Below, one piece after another: positions 63,879 to 64,000 of a DNA stretch of 64,000 nucleotides; position 1 is the first letter of the stretch, and each line of letters opens with the position of its first letter. The DNA comes from Diadema antillarum (lineage: Eukaryota). A model generated the notes under the pieces. It was not told the origin of the DNA. It ran no database searches and saw only the letters and a list, made by a program, of their open reading frames with translations. The position numbers were made by a program, and so were the translations under genes. Location: contig NW_027272008.1 of NCBI RefSeq assembly GCF_040938485.1, forward strand, positions 806,001 through 870,000, in the 5' to 3' direction.

Positions 63879-64000
63879 GTAAGAAGAGTAAAACAAGATT
63901 GCTTATCGTTAGATTTGTGTTATTGTTGTCTCCCATCAAGCAATCCCACATCTTCATCATGAAAATAAGTTTTCTTATGTCTTGTCAGCTCCCCATGATA

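Overview
Eukaryotic, intron-rich draft-assembly DNA with 7 N-gaps. The repeat landscape points to an invertebrate deuterostome, most likely a sea urchin or other echinoderm (inference). Two protein-coding genes are supported, both on the + strand. (1) The terminal coding exon of COUP-TF/NR2F (18883-19157), preceded by at least 18.9 kb of its last intron; its earlier exons lie left of the window. (2) The first eight coding exons of TTC37/SKIC3 (SKI3, a TPR subunit of the SKI RNA-decay complex; 56092-63878), continuing off the right end. Between them lies about 37 kb with no recognisable coding exons, containing many CpG-rich enhancer-like islands, MITEs and microsatellites. Main observations: COUP-TF next to TTC37 echoes the human 5q15 NR2F1...TTC37 linkage; a perfect DR1 element sits in COUP-TF's own intron; two copies of one DeuSINE show one-sided CpG decay (7:0), marking a methylated TTC37 body against an unmethylated COUP-TF domain; two related hAT-like MITEs have 6-bp target duplications; TTC37 has a candidate uORF-chained spliced leader; and the palindrome TAGGCCTA is over-represented. 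All alignments and counts were done by eye, and no database searches were run.
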